Numbered from the stretch's first letter, positions 29,902-40,689 are shown. The stretch is 64,000 bases of DNA from a candidate division FCPU426 bacterium (GCA_963796105.1 CAWCKJ010000002.1:384001-448000), one strand, 5' to 3'. Program-made: numbers and translations. Notes: a model not told the origin generated them from the letters alone.

Positions 29902-30879
29902 ATGCGCTGGTACTTTTTTTTCGCCATTACGGGTGGTGCCATCATCCTTTCGGCAGGCTGTCAAAGGGACATCTCGATCGCCCCGAACCATATCACGCAG
30001 TCGATGACCGCCACCGCGACTCCTACCGCAAGCCATGCCGTTTATACCGAGACTCCCACACCAACCACTGCCTATCCCGTGACTTTGGGAACTACGGGAA
30101 GTCTTGACGCCGGAACCTTCAAGGACACCTCCGGCGTGGCCGCGGGATATAACGAGATTTACGTCGGGGATTACCAGGACAATGTCATCGAGGTATTTGA
30201 CCTCCAGGGCCATTACCTGTCTAGTTTCCCGGCCAACAACCCCTGCGGGCTGGCCCTATCCACGGATTCCCATCTCTATGCCGCGGATTACGACGGGGGA
30301 AGGGTGGATGAATATACCCTTACCGGCGTTCCAGTCGCTTCCTTCTACGGAAGCGGGTTCAATTCCGCGTCATCCAATTTTTCCGGGCCCACAGGCGTGG
30401 TGGTGGACGCCGCCAACCATCTTTGGGTTTGCGATTATGAGATGGACCAGGTCTGCGAGGTGGACCAAACCGACGCCATCCTGGCCGCTTCCGGCGGGAT
30501 ATCCCTCAACGGCCCCTTCAACCTCGCGCTCGACCAGAATGGCAATGTCTATGTCACTGACACCCTGAACAACCGAATCGTGGAGTACAATCCCAGCCTG
30601 GTTTACCAAACGCAATTCGGGGAAGGCGGTCCGGGGAACACGGCGAACGGGAATTTCTTCATGCCCGAGGGCCTCACTATTGACGCGGACGGCCATTTGA
30701 TCGTCTGCGACGCTGGCAACGCCAGGGTCCAAAAGATAACGACTTCCGGGGCTTACCTGGAAACCATCGGGGCATCAGCCGGCTTTTATTGGCCCTGGTT
30801 TACCGCAGTTGATACCAGCCACCATGTCTTTGTCTCGGATAATCACAATCTTTTTGTTTATATATTCCAGGACAATTAA
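29902..30879 (+). CDS. NHL-repeat beta-propeller lipoprotein
   Basis: Lipobox LSAG-C; repeats of PxG(V/L)xxD...YVxDxxNNR. Confidence 0.85.
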   Translation: MRWYFFFAITGGAIILSAGCQRDISIAPNHITQSMTATATPTASHAVYTETPTPTTAYPVTLGTTGSLDAGTFKDTSGVAAGYNEIYVGDYQDNVIEVFDLQGHYLSSFPANNPCGLALSTDSHLYAADYDGGRVDEYTLTGVPVASFYGSGFNSASSNFSGPTGVVVDAANHLWVCDYEMDQVCEVDQTDAILAASGGISLNGPFNLALDQNGNVYVTDTLNNRIVEYNPSLVYQTQFGEGGPGNTANGNFFMPEGLTIDADGHLIVCDAGNARVQKITTSGAYLETIGASAGFYWPWFTAVDTSHHVFVSDNHNLFVYIFQDN

Positions 30880-30907
30880 AGTGGATCAACCGGAAAAGGA
30901 GGGCTCA

Positions 30908-33900
30908 ATGAGGAAAGCGCCGTGCAAAACCCTTAATGCCGCGCGTGATTTTCGGGTCTTTCTCCGAAAAACGGCTTCGGCGCTTATATTCGTCATTCTT
31001 TTTAACCCCTATTCGCCCGTTTTTTCCCAGGTGACTTACCCCGTCTCGAACATGGATGATTTGGGAAACGCCACTGACTCAATCAATTCCGGCGGGGCCC
31101 CCGCCACCCTCCAATTCGACAATAATTCCCTCAATCTTTCAGATTTAACCGTGGACCCTTCCCTGAATACCCTCCAATACAATACCGCCCTGGCTGATGG
31201 GAATGGGAACGGGTACATCAACCTCACCAACAGCCCCTTTGGAAGCACCGTCTTTTTCAACTCCATCGCCCTTTTGGAGGTAACCCCCAATTACCGGTTC
31301 AACCTCCTGGCCGCCGGGTCCTTCGGGCAGGACGTGAATGGAAACGGCTTGTCAGGCAACGCGGCGACATTAAGCGCCGGCACCTTACTTTTGGACGATT
31401 CCTCCTCCGTCAGGGTTTTGGGAGGTTCCGCCTCAGACGGCGTCTCCAACGCGGGCGCCTCCTATGTTGACGCAACCTCTGGGACTTTTCTGTCCTACCA
31501 GGGAGGCTATGGGGGCGACTCTTTCACGGGGGGGAACGGCGGAAACGCCGGAAGCGCCTCTGTCTCCGCCGGGTCCGCGACTTTCCTCAACGCTGGAATG
31601 ACCGTCCTGGGCGGGTATGCCGGGGCGGGGGGCGACGTTGGAATCGGAGGATCCGTAAGCCTGCCTGGTTTCGGCAACGAGGGATCATTGGCCCAAGGGG
31701 GCGACGGCGGGGTGTCCAACAGGGGAGGCGATGGCGGGGCCGGCGGGAGCGTGACTGTCTCCATGGGGCCGGTCAGCCTTCCTAATTCCTCCTTATATAC
31801 TCAAGGCAGTTCGGGCGGGAATGGGGGAGACGCGGGAAGCGGAGGCTGGGCTTTCATGGCTTCCGGCTCAGCGGGTTCCACCGCCCTCGGAGGTAACGGG
31901 GGTGCTTCTAACCAAGGCGGAAACGCAGGGGCGGGAGGTTCGGCATATGTTTCACTGGGGGGGGCATATGGATACCAAGGTAATTCTCAATTCGGCGGGG
32001 GCAACGGTGGGGCCGGAGGTGATTCGGGGAATGGCGGATATGCGGATACTGGATTTTGGGATGGGGTTACGGCTGTTTCACAGTCCACACAGGGCGGGAA
32101 CGGCGGCAACGAAAATGCCGGAGGCGTCGGGGGCGTCGGCGGGAACTTGACCATAATCACGGGCCCGGTTTCACTTGTTTCCGGCAACATCGAACTTTCA
32201 AGCGGTAACGGTGGAAATGGAGGCTCTGCCGCATCTGGAGGCGGTGTCACTTACACCGATTTTGCCAGCAACACTTTGGACCAATCGGGGAACGGCGGGG
32301 TTTCAAACATGGGCGGCAGCGGCGGAAACGGCGGAGCCTTGTACATGGGCTCGGGAACGTTATACATGAACGCCGGTTCCGGTTCCGTTTCATCGGGAAA
32401 CGGCGGGGATGGGGGTTCCGCTGGTTTGGGCGGGGATATCCTATATAGAATTTCTCAAAGCGGTGTTTCGGCCATCGCGGGAGATGGGGGAGGCGGCAAC
32501 ACAGGCGCGGATGGAGGTAACGGTGGGGACGTCGCGGGAAACCTGGGCGGGGTGATTTTAACCGCCAATTCCGGTTTGACGGTGACCGTCGGATCCGGGG
32601 GCGGCGCGGGACCCGTAGGTAATGGCGGCAACGTTACATTGGGTTACCAAGACACTGGTTCCTCCATCCAGGGAGGGAGCGGGGGTGTATCCAACATCGG
32701 CGGGGCCGGAGGCGATGGAGGGAACTTAACTTTTTCTGTGGGTCCTGTCAGCCTTTCCAATGCCCCCTTTTACTTGGTTGGGGGTGCGGGTGGTGAAGGG
32801 GGGGGTGCCGGGAATGGCGGATTAGCGTATGTCTCCTATAATTCCGATTATTCCATCGCGACGGGGGGAAATGGGGGTTCATTCAACCAAGGCGGTAACG
32901 GCGGACAGGGCGGGAATTTTCTGGTTGCGTTGGGCGACGTTTCAGCAAGCGGAGGAAGTTTCGGGATTTATGGGAATAAGGGAGGGGCCGGTGGAGGCGC
33001 CGGGAACGCAGGGATTGGAATGGTGGATTACTATTCCCTTGAGTCTTCAGCCTATGGGGGTACAGCGGGCAATTTCAATGCCGGGGGATATGGCGCCAAC
33101 GGCGGTGATCTACAGTATTCCGAGGACTCCGGCATTTTCAATGGCACTCCCGTGAGCCTACAGGCCGGTTCAGGCGGGGAAGGCGGCTCGGCTGGAATGG
33201 GTGAGGATGGAACCATCCAAGGTACTAATGCCGGCACCATGACCCCAGTTGGTTATACCGCCTTCGGCGACAACGGCGGTTCCGAAAATGTTGGGGGCGA
33301 CGGCGGCAACGGCGGTGTCGCGTCCGTTTCGCCGGGTTCGCTGGTCCTGGGAAGTAGCGATTTCTTATCAGCGGCTGGCGCGGGCGGGGACGGGGGAACC
33401 TCGGGTAACGGCGGGAGCGCCGTGGTGGGCGCCAACGAGGGACAAACCGTCAGTTCCGTCGCCGGAGGAGGGGGAGGTTCCGGTAATTTTGGGGGGAACG
33501 GCGGTGAAGGCGGTGATTATTCGCTCTCCCTCGGGGCTTGGAACCTGTCGGCCGGATCGTCCCTGGTTGCCGTTTCCGGGGCCGGCGGCGCCGGAGGCTC
33601 GGCGGGAACGGGCGGTTCCGTCAGCTTCGGGGATTCCAATTATTCCTCGCTGGCCACCGGCGGCGCCGGTGGATCAGGAAATAAAGGAGGCTCCGCCGGC
33701 AGCGGGGCGGATTTGATCGTGATCGGCGGGCCGGTGTCCGCGGACTCCAGCAATATCAATTTGAAGGCCGGGAACGGGGGACTGGGCGGCATTGTGGGCG
33801 CGGGGGGGGATGGCGATTTCGCGGTTGACCAGGAAAATAATTTTGCCCAGGCGGGTAACGGCGGCAACAACAACCTCGGCTCAAACGGGGGCCAGGGCGG

Positions 33901-36900
33901 GTCCGTTTCATTATCCTTAGGCGCTATGACCTTAACCAACGGGACTGTTTTTAACGCCCAGGGCGGTAACGGCGGCATTCCCGGTGTTTCCTTGATCTCC
34001 TTTTCCCCCCAATCTGGGGCCGGAAACGGGGGAAACCTTAATTTCAGCAATGTCGATTCATACGACCCCTCAGTCACCCAGTACTCCCAGGCCGGGAACG
34101 GGGGCGACGGCAACATCGGGGGCATGGGCGCTAATGGCGGAAGCGTGAATGCCCGGATGGGGCCGGTCTCCCTGGACCAGAGCCAATTTGTTTTTAAAGG
34201 GGGCGGCGGGGGTACTGGTGGACCGGCTGGGATGGGCGGGTGCGTCAATTATTCCGAATTCTCCTCTTATACCAACGATATTCCGGGAAACGGGGGCAAT
34301 AACAACATGGGCGGCGACGGGGGTAATGGGGGCTCGATCACTTTAACTCTCCCGACCTGCGTGCTCGCCAGCACTTCCACCCTTTTGATGACCGCGGGAA
34401 CGGGCGGTGACGGCGGTTCAGCCGGAGTCGCGGGCTCCGTTAATTATTTTTATACCAACGGTGATGTTACTTCTTTCACCATCGGGACTGATGGGGTTGG
34501 TAACACCGGGGGAAACGGGGGAACGGGGGGGAACGCGGTCCTATCCTCCGGGGCGCTGAATCTCCTTTCCGTTTCTCCCATGAATTCCTTCAACTTTATC
34601 CTTGGAGGCGGGGGCGGCAACGGGGGCGACTCGGGCGGCGGAAACGGGACCCAGTACGCCTATGGCGCGGATACCTATTGGAGCAACAATTCAGTCACGG
34701 ATTTCTTCGGCGATGTCATTGGCCAAGATTCTTCCCAGCCTTCGGATGTAACAGGCGTCAACGGCGGCATCGGTGGAACGGGGGGGATCGGCGGCGCCGC
34801 GATCGAGAGTTTAGGCTCGTTTACTTCCACCAACAGCTACTCCAATCTTTGGGCCGGGTTCGGGGGGGTGGATAATGTCGGGGGCTGCGGGGGAATGGGC
34901 GGGGACGGCCAAAACATCCAGGCCGGCATGGGGGCGGGAGGGAGCGCCAATGGCCTTCAAGATGGTATTTACATGGGCAATTACTTCGGCAGCGGCCAAT
35001 CGGCTAACCTCGGGGGATCGGGGTCAGGCGGAATGGGTTTAGGGGGAAACGCCTTTGGGGGAAACGGCGGCAACGGAGGGGTAGGCGTCGGGGTTTTATG
35101 GGCTGGTATTCAGGCTGGGGGCGTCACCCTGTCCAGTTCCGGGGCGCTCATCAACGGAGGTTACGGGGGCGACGGCGGGGACGCGGGCTCCGGGGGGGCA
35201 GGTATCGGGGGCGATGGGAATGGCGGGACAGGCACGGGGGGTTACGGCGCCGAGTATTCCCCGTTGGAACCCGCCCTATATGGCGTCGGCGGGAATGGGA
35301 CCGGCGGTTCCGGAACAGGCGGGAACGGAACGGGTGGAGACGGGGGAAACGGCGGCAGCGGCGGTAGCGGGGGAGTAGCTTATTTTTACTCCGGCATCGA
35401 CGGCACCCCCATGACACTCTCAAACGGTTCCACCGTGATTTTGGCCGCGGGAATGGGAGGCGCCGGGGGAAGCGCCGGCAATGGGGGCGATGGTACCGGG
35501 GGAAACGGGACCGGGGGCGACGGGATAGGCGGTAACGCCGATGACTACGCGGGCGGAGGGTTCGGCGGTTCGGGACAAGGCGGCGTTGGTACCGGCGGGA
35601 ATGGGGGCAATGGCGGCGGCGGAAATAGCGGTGGAGACGCCTTTTTCCAGGCCTCGGGCCAGTCCAACTTGTCGGGTTCAGGCATTTTCCTGACTGGCGG
35701 CATTGGAGGGGATGGAGGCGGCGGGGGCAACGGAGGCGGCGGTACTGGGGGAAACGGGATTGGGGGCGCCGGAACCAGCGGGACCGCGGGCTACCCAAGC
35801 GTTAATAATGGATCAGGGGCCGGAGGCAACGGGCAGGGGGGCAACGGCAATGGAGGCAACGGGGGCAATGGCGGCAACGGCGGCAATGGAGGCAACGCCT
35901 GGGGCAATTTCACTTCCTTGACCCTGGATGGCTCCGCGTTACAGGTGGCGGGCGGCGCAGGGGGAAACGGGGGTTCCGGCGGGACCGGCGGGACCGGGAC
36001 GGGTGGAGCCGGATTCGGCGGAAGCGGCGGCACTTCTGCCGGGAACGGAGTGAACGGTAACGGTTTAAATGGTTTGGATGGAATCGACGGCAACGGGGGC
36101 AATGGAGGCAACGCGAGTTTGGAAGCGGCTTCCGTGACCCTTCTCAACTCCTCCCAGGTGACTATCACCGCCGGCAATGGAGGCACTGGTTCGCAGGGCG
36201 GGAATGGCGGAAACGCCCTTGTCTCCATCGGCTCCTTGAACCTGGTGGACGCGGGATCATCCATGGGGGTGACCGGTGGTAAAGGAGACATGGCGGACGG
36301 AGGCTTGAATGGAAGCGCCAATGTCATTCTTGGAAATCTCCAGGGCACCGGGACCTTGAGTCTTTACGGCTACGGCACCAGTATGCTTCAGGTATCGGCC
36401 GGAAATTTCAGCGGAGTCCTGGCTGGTGATGATATTTTGGTTAAGACTGGAAACGGCGTCCTCTCCCTATCTGGCAACAATACCTATAGCGGCGGTACTT
36501 TGCTTTCGGGCGGCATTCTCAACATCCAAGGGGACCAGAACTTGGGTACCAAGGGACTATTGACTTTCAACGGCGGCACACTCCAAGCCGGCGCTGATTT
36601 CGCGACCACTCAGACGGCATATCTTGATACGCCTATAGGAACGGTTGATACCAATGGGCACACGGTGGACTGGACCGGCACGATTATGGGGATCGGCGCT
36701 TTAATTGTGACCGATTCCACCGGCGGGGGAATCCTGGAATTGTATACGGCCAATCGCTATTGGTGGGGCGACACATATCTCGATGTCGGCACCTTGGTGA
36801 TCGGAAACAGCGATGCCCTGGGAGTGGGAGAACTCAAACTCAACGGAGGCGTCCTGGCCACCATTGGCGGGCCTGTTTCGGTCAATGTTTGGGGCAATTA

Positions 36901-38281
36901 CGCGCAGGCTCCGGCGGGAACCCTGCGGATTGGATTAGCCGGAACAGTCACTGGACAGTGGGACGAATTGTGGATCGCCGGGAGCGCAAGCCTGGCGGGA
37001 ACCTTGAGAGTCGTTTCGGATGGGGGATTCGTTCCATCTATCGGCGATGATTTCCCCGTTTTGGTCACGGCGGGTGGAGTCACCGGTTTCTTTGCGAACC
37101 TGATCACCACCATCCCCGGGGAAAGATTTTTCCAGGTTTACCAGGCCGATGAAGTGATCCTGGAAACCCTGCCGGCCTCCTTCAAACAACTGGGCGCGAC
37201 GGCCAACCAGGTGGCGGTAGGGGGGGCGCTGGACAATGTGTATTCAAATCCCGAAGCCCAAAGCTTAATGGCTTACCTGGGAACGCAGACGGCGTCCCAA
37301 GTGGTCAGGGATTACGATTTGATCAGCCCCTCGGGGCTCACGCCATTCTATAAAATGGGCTACGCGATCTCCGAAAGCCAGGCGGGCGTCATCAGCCAAA
37401 GGTTGGATAACCTCTTGGGAGCGGTCGGTTACGGACAAGGGGGACCTGCCGGCCTCGCGGGGCAAAATGCGGGAGTGTTTTTGGACGGCCTTGGGAATTT
37501 CGGGACACTTAAAAGCGACGGCAACGCCGACGGCTACAGTTTCTCCACCGGCGGGGTCGCGGCAGGCATGGACGCAGCGCTCGGGAAAAACCTGGCGGGC
37601 GGCCTCCAATTGGGCTATGCCCAAGGCTGGAGCGGGCAATCCAATGGAAACAGCGTGAGCGTGACCAGCGCCCTGGGGGCTCTCTATGGGGGTTTGAGGA
37701 TGGCAAGCGGATTGCGGTTGGAAGCGGTAGTGAACGGCGGAATCAACAGCTACAAAACCCAGAGGGCATCCTTGGAAGGGACCGCCACGGGAACGACCCA
37801 GGGTTTCCAATACGGGGGACAAATCGGTTTCGGTTACGATTGGAAGTTTGGGAAAATCCTGTTAACGCCCTTCGGGTCGGGACAATTCACTTACGTCCAA
37901 TTCGACAAGTTCCAGGAACAAGGTTCCCTGGCGCCGGAGACTTTCGGAGCCCAGGGACAGGGTTCCATTACCAGCGAGGCGGGGGTCCGGGCAAGCAGGG
38001 ATTGGTTTTGGGGCGGCATGACACTATCGCCCTACCTGGGATTGGCATGGGAGCATGTGTACCAAGGCAACCTGGATAGCTTGACGGCCAACCTTGGAAT
38101 ACCCAACAGCACCTTCACGGTGGAAGGCCCCTACACGGGTACGGACGCGGCGGTGGTGGAGGCAGGGGTCCAAGCCGGGCTTGGAAAGGGCTTGAGCTTC
38201 TTCGCCCAATACCAGGGTAAGGTCGGGTTGGTCAACTACGCTTCCCAAAACCTGGAAGGCGGTGTTAACGTCGGGTTTTAA
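30908..38281 (+). CDS. Autotransporter with very long Gly-rich (PGRS-like) passenger
   Basis: Signal peptide; about 1700 aa dominated by GGxGGxGG; passenger-associated repeat LVKTGNGVLSLSGNNTYSGGT; C-terminal barrel ending GVNVGF. Confidence 0.9.
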   Translation: MRKAPCKTLNAARDFRVFLRKTASALIFVILFNPYSPVFSQVTYPVSNMDDLGNATDSINSGGAPATLQFDNNSLNLSDLTVDPSLNTLQYNTALADGNGNGYINLTNSPFGSTVFFNSIALLEVTPNYRFNLLAAGSFGQDVNGNGLSGNAATLSAGTLLLDDSSSVRVLGGSASDGVSNAGASYVDATSGTFLSYQGGYGGDSFTGGNGGNAGSASVSAGSATFLNAGMTVLGGYAGAGGDVGIGGSVSLPGFGNEGSLAQGGDGGVSNRGGDGGAGGSVTVSMGPVSLPNSSLYTQGSSGGNGGDAGSGGWAFMASGSAGSTALGGNGGASNQGGNAGAGGSAYVSLGGAYGYQGNSQFGGGNGGAGGDSGNGGYADTGFWDGVTAVSQSTQGGNGGNENAGGVGGVGGNLTIITGPVSLVSGNIELSSGNGGNGGSAASGGGVTYTDFASNTLDQSGNGGVSNMGGSGGNGGALYMGSGTLYMNAGSGSVSSGNGGDGGSAGLGGDILYRISQSGVSAIAGDGGGGNTGADGGNGGDVAGNLGGVILTANSGLTVTVGSGGGAGPVGNGGNVTLGYQDTGSSIQGGSGGVSNIGGAGGDGGNLTFSVGPVSLSNAPFYLVGGAGGEGGGAGNGGLAYVSYNSDYSIATGGNGGSFNQGGNGGQGGNFLVALGDVSASGGSFGIYGNKGGAGGGAGNAGIGMVDYYSLESSAYGGTAGNFNAGGYGANGGDLQYSEDSGIFNGTPVSLQAGSGGEGGSAGMGEDGTIQGTNAGTMTPVGYTAFGDNGGSENVGGDGGNGGVASVSPGSLVLGSSDFLSAAGAGGDGGTSGNGGSAVVGANEGQTVSSVAGGGGGSGNFGGNGGEGGDYSLSLGAWNLSAGSSLVAVSGAGGAGGSAGTGGSVSFGDSNYSSLATGGAGGSGNKGGSAGSGADLIVIGGPVSADSSNINLKAGNGGLGGIVGAGGDGDFAVDQENNFAQAGNGGNNNLGSNGGQGGSVSLSLGAMTLTNGTVFNAQGGNGGIPGVSLISFSPQSGAGNGGNLNFSNVDSYDPSVTQYSQAGNGGDGNIGGMGANGGSVNARMGPVSLDQSQFVFKGGGGGTGGPAGMGGCVNYSEFSSYTNDIPGNGGNNNMGGDGGNGGSITLTLPTCVLASTSTLLMTAGTGGDGGSAGVAGSVNYFYTNGDVTSFTIGTDGVGNTGGNGGTGGNAVLSSGALNLLSVSPMNSFNFILGGGGGNGGDSGGGNGTQYAYGADTYWSNNSVTDFFGDVIGQDSSQPSDVTGVNGGIGGTGGIGGAAIESLGSFTSTNSYSNLWAGFGGVDNVGGCGGMGGDGQNIQAGMGAGGSANGLQDGIYMGNYFGSGQSANLGGSGSGGMGLGGNAFGGNGGNGGVGVGVLWAGIQAGGVTLSSSGALINGGYGGDGGDAGSGGAGIGGDGNGGTGTGGYGAEYSPLEPALYGVGGNGTGGSGTGGNGTGGDGGNGGSGGSGGVAYFYSGIDGTPMTLSNGSTVILAAGMGGAGGSAGNGGDGTGGNGTGGDGIGGNADDYAGGGFGGSGQGGVGTGGNGGNGGGGNSGGDAFFQASGQSNLSGSGIFLTGGIGGDGGGGGNGGGGTGGNGIGGAGTSGTAGYPSVNNGSGAGGNGQGGNGNGGNGGNGGNGGNGGNAWGNFTSLTLDGSALQVAGGAGGNGGSGGTGGTGTGGAGFGGSGGTSAGNGVNGNGLNGLDGIDGNGGNGGNASLEAASVTLLNSSQVTITAGNGGTGSQGGNGGNALVSIGSLNLVDAGSSMGVTGGKGDMADGGLNGSANVILGNLQGTGTLSLYGYGTSMLQVSAGNFSGVLAGDDILVKTGNGVLSLSGNNTYSGGTLLSGGILNIQGDQNLGTKGLLTFNGGTLQAGADFATTQTAYLDTPIGTVDTNGHTVDWTGTIMGIGALIVTDSTGGGILELYTANRYWWGDTYLDVGTLVIGNSDALGVGELKLNGGVLATIGGPVSVNVWGNYAQAPAGTLRIGLAGTVTGQWDELWIAGSASLAGTLRVVSDGGFVPSIGDDFPVLVTAGGVTGFFANLITTIPGERFFQVYQADEVILETLPASFKQLGATANQVAVGGALDNVYSNPEAQSLMAYLGTQTASQVVRDYDLISPSGLTPFYKMGYAISESQAGVISQRLDNLLGAVGYGQGGPAGLAGQNAGVFLDGLGNFGTLKSDGNADGYSFSTGGVAAGMDAALGKNLAGGLQLGYAQGWSGQSNGNSVSVTSALGALYGGLRMASGLRLEAVVNGGINSYKTQRASLEGTATGTTQGFQYGGQIGFGYDWKFGKILLTPFGSGQFTYVQFDKFQEQGSLAPETFGAQGQGSITSEAGVRASRDWFWGGMTLSPYLGLAWEHVYQGNLDSLTANLGIPNSTFTVEGPYTGTDAAVVEAGVQAGLGKGLSFFAQYQGKVGLVNYASQNLEGGVNVGF

Positions 38282-38331
38282 GCCCCTTTGGAAAAAGGCG
38301 TTTGGAAGATGATGGACGTAATTAAATGTTT

Positions 38332-38467
38332 GGGTCTTTCCCGAATTTGCAGATGAGTATTCTGGAGGCCGGTGCGCGCCGTGATAAAATTTCCGTCAGC
38401 GTAGATGTTGTTGACCCCCCTTTTTCAAAGGGGGGTGTAACTTCATCTGCAAATTCAGGAAAGAGGC
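38332..38467. mobile_element. 136-bp MITE-like element
   Basis: 26-bp terminal inverted repeats (22/26 match), flanking 8-bp direct repeat AAATGTTT, internal CCCCCC-TTTTTCAAA-GGGGGG hairpin. Confidence 0.7.
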
Positions 38468-38545
38468 AAATGTTTGAATCCAGAGGGACAACTCGGGGAA
38501 TATTTACGTGTCGGACAATAACCTAAACAGCGTCTTCGTGTTCCA

Positions 38546-38962
38546 CTAACCGCGATTTGGTTTTTTTGATATTTTCCTGGAATGTTTTCGGAAGAACGCC
38601 GCTATTTCAGGCTTTTCCATTTGTCCCTGAGCGACCTTCAAAACGATATTTTCAAACGCTTTTTCCTGCGCCGAAGTCAGTGTAAATCCGTTCAATTCCA
38701 GAAAAATGTCCCCGGCCATCGCGCCCACCCTCTTGTTGCCATCGATAAAAGGATGATTGAGGGTCAAGTGATAGACATAGGCGGCCGCCATTTCAAACAA
38801 ATCCTGATGCAGGAATTGGCCGCCAAACTGCGCTTGGGGCATGGCTATGGCCGATTGAAGAAGGCCTTGGTCCCGGATACCGCTGCTTCCGCCCAAACGT
38901 TTAATTTGCTCATTGTGAATATAGAGGATTTGCTCCAAAGTCAAAAAAACGGGCGAGTTCAC
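38546..38962 (-). CDS. doc: Doc (death-on-curing)/Fic-family toxin
   Basis: GIRDQGLLQSA and HPFIDGNKR motifs. Confidence 0.9.
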   Translation of the reverse strand: MNSPVFLTLEQILYIHNEQIKRLGGSSGIRDQGLLQSAIAMPQAQFGGQFLHQDLFEMAAAYVYHLTLNHPFIDGNKRVGAMAGDIFLELNGFTLTSAQEKAFENIVLKVAQGQMEKPEIAAFFRKHSRKISKKPNRG

Positions 38963-39190
38963 TCAACCCGCCAGGTTTTTATACATGTTAGGGAATTTTT
39001 TAAGGGATTTTTCCACCGCCATCCTGAATTTGGATTGTTTTTTTTCATCGTCAGCCGGGGAAACGATGAGGCTTCGGCCGTCGGTGGTGACGTAAAGGGC
39101 GGATTTCTCGCTGATGTTCAACAGGTCCATGATGCCCCGGTCGATGATGAGGGCGTAGCTGTTGCCATGCTTGGCGAGTTTTTTAATCAT
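38963..39190 (-). CDS. AbrB/MazE-type antitoxin
   Basis: MIKKLAKHGNSYALIID AbrB-fold N-terminus; abuts the doc start. Confidence 0.85.
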   Translation of the reverse strand: MIKKLAKHGNSYALIIDRGIMDLLNISEKSALYVTTDGRSLIVSPADDEKKQSKFRMAVEKSLKKFPNMYKNLAG

Positions 39191-39219
39191 GTTTCCCTCC
39201 GTAGTAACGTTGTATATCC

Positions 39220-39248
39220 AATGTAATACCATTTGAAAGAAATGTCAA
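39220..39248 (-). promoter_or_regulatory. Sigma70-type promoter of the TA operon
   Basis: Minus strand TTGACA-17 bp-TACATT, 30 bp upstream of the antitoxin ATG. Confidence 0.7.
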
Positions 39249-39487
39249 TTTGACCCTCGGCGGGGCGCGAACTGAGCCAATCTTGAGTTTTCAAATAATG
39301 AAAATTTACGCGGTTAAACCCCTTCGTCGTCTTTTACCCGGCGGAATCCTTGGCTTTTCATGGCATTTTCCGCCTCGCAAACGGTTCTCCCGGGTTCCCG
39401 GTCCGTGCTTTTTTGGTTTTTATTTTTATCAAAAGCAATATAGTACCAATCGTTTGTGGCATTCAATTTTTATCTCAGGGGAGCGGG

Positions 39488-40483
39488 ATGAAAACATTCA
39501 TCAAGGTAGTTACGTCATTTTTCCTTCTGTTAATCCTTCTGGGGGCCGCTGGGTACTTTTACTTAACCGGCAACTACCCCAAAGTCAGCCCGGCCGAGAA
39601 CATCAAAATCGAGTACACGCCCGCAAGGCTGGCCAGGGGCGAATACCTCGTTAAACACGTCGTAGGATGTTTGGGCTGCCACTCGCAGAGGGATTGGGAT
39701 TCCTTCGGGGGTTCCTTGGACGAGGCGCGCATCGGCATGGGCGGCTTCCACCTGGACAAGAAGCTGATGGGGCTGCCGGGTGATCTTTACGCCCCCAACA
39801 TCACGCCTTACCACCTAAAGGACTGGACTGACGGGGAACTGGTGCGGGCGCTCCGCTGCGGGGTGAACAGGGAAGGCAAGGCCCTTTTCCCGATCATGCC
39901 CTACGATGATTATTCGAAACTCTGCCAGGAAGACCTCTTTTCCATCGTGGCCTACATTCGGACCTTAAAGCCCGTAGTTTTCGATCCGCCCCAGACCCGG
40001 CTGGATTTTCCGATGAATCTCATTGTTCGGACCATACCCATGAATGCGGGACCCTATAGGCTCCCCCCGGACCGAAAGGTCCCCTTTCAGTACAACATTT
40101 ACATGATCAACGCCGCCGATTGCCTCCACTGCCACACCCAAGTGGACGACCATGGACAGCCCCTGGTGGGGATGGATTTTGCGGGAGGCATGGAATTCCA
40201 TTGGCCCGACGGCTCCACTGTCCGCTCCGCGAATATCACGCCGGACAAAGACACCGGCATCGGGGAATGGACGAGGGAATCTTTTATCAAACGGTTTCGG
40301 GATATGAAAAAAATGGTGGGTGCCCGCAAGCCGGTCAAGCCCGGAGAGCTGAAGACTATCATGCCCTGGGACGAGTATGGGGGAATGACGGATGAGGACC
40401 TGGGATCGATCTACGACTACCTTCACACCCAGATCAAGCCCGTGAAGCACCAGGTGGTCCAGTTCTCAGCGGTTTCCAACTAA
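39488..40483 (+). CDS. Membrane-anchored diheme cytochrome c
   Basis: CLGCH and CLHCH; (A/P)NITP repeats; IMPY/IMPW candidate axial Met; N-terminal TM helix. Confidence 0.88.
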   Translation: MKTFIKVVTSFFLLLILLGAAGYFYLTGNYPKVSPAENIKIEYTPARLARGEYLVKHVVGCLGCHSQRDWDSFGGSLDEARIGMGGFHLDKKLMGLPGDLYAPNITPYHLKDWTDGELVRALRCGVNREGKALFPIMPYDDYSKLCQEDLFSIVAYIRTLKPVVFDPPQTRLDFPMNLIVRTIPMNAGPYRLPPDRKVPFQYNIYMINAADCLHCHTQVDDHGQPLVGMDFAGGMEFHWPDGSTVRSANITPDKDTGIGEWTRESFIKRFRDMKKMVGARKPVKPGELKTIMPWDEYGGMTDEDLGSIYDYLHTQIKPVKHQVVQFSAVSN

Positions 40484-40689
40484 GTGAGTTCCTGGAAATA
40501 AAACTGTATCGGACCCTTCTTTGGGGTGTTTCGAAATAAGAAGGAATGGCTTCGATTAACCCAAATGAAACCATGTGTTTTCAACAGTAATTCCGTCAGT
40601 TGGAAATCCTAACTATGTAGTAAAATCTCTCCTCGCGCTCATTACCGCCATAATTTATTCCGCGCAATCTTTTGACTCATTGAGACCGA

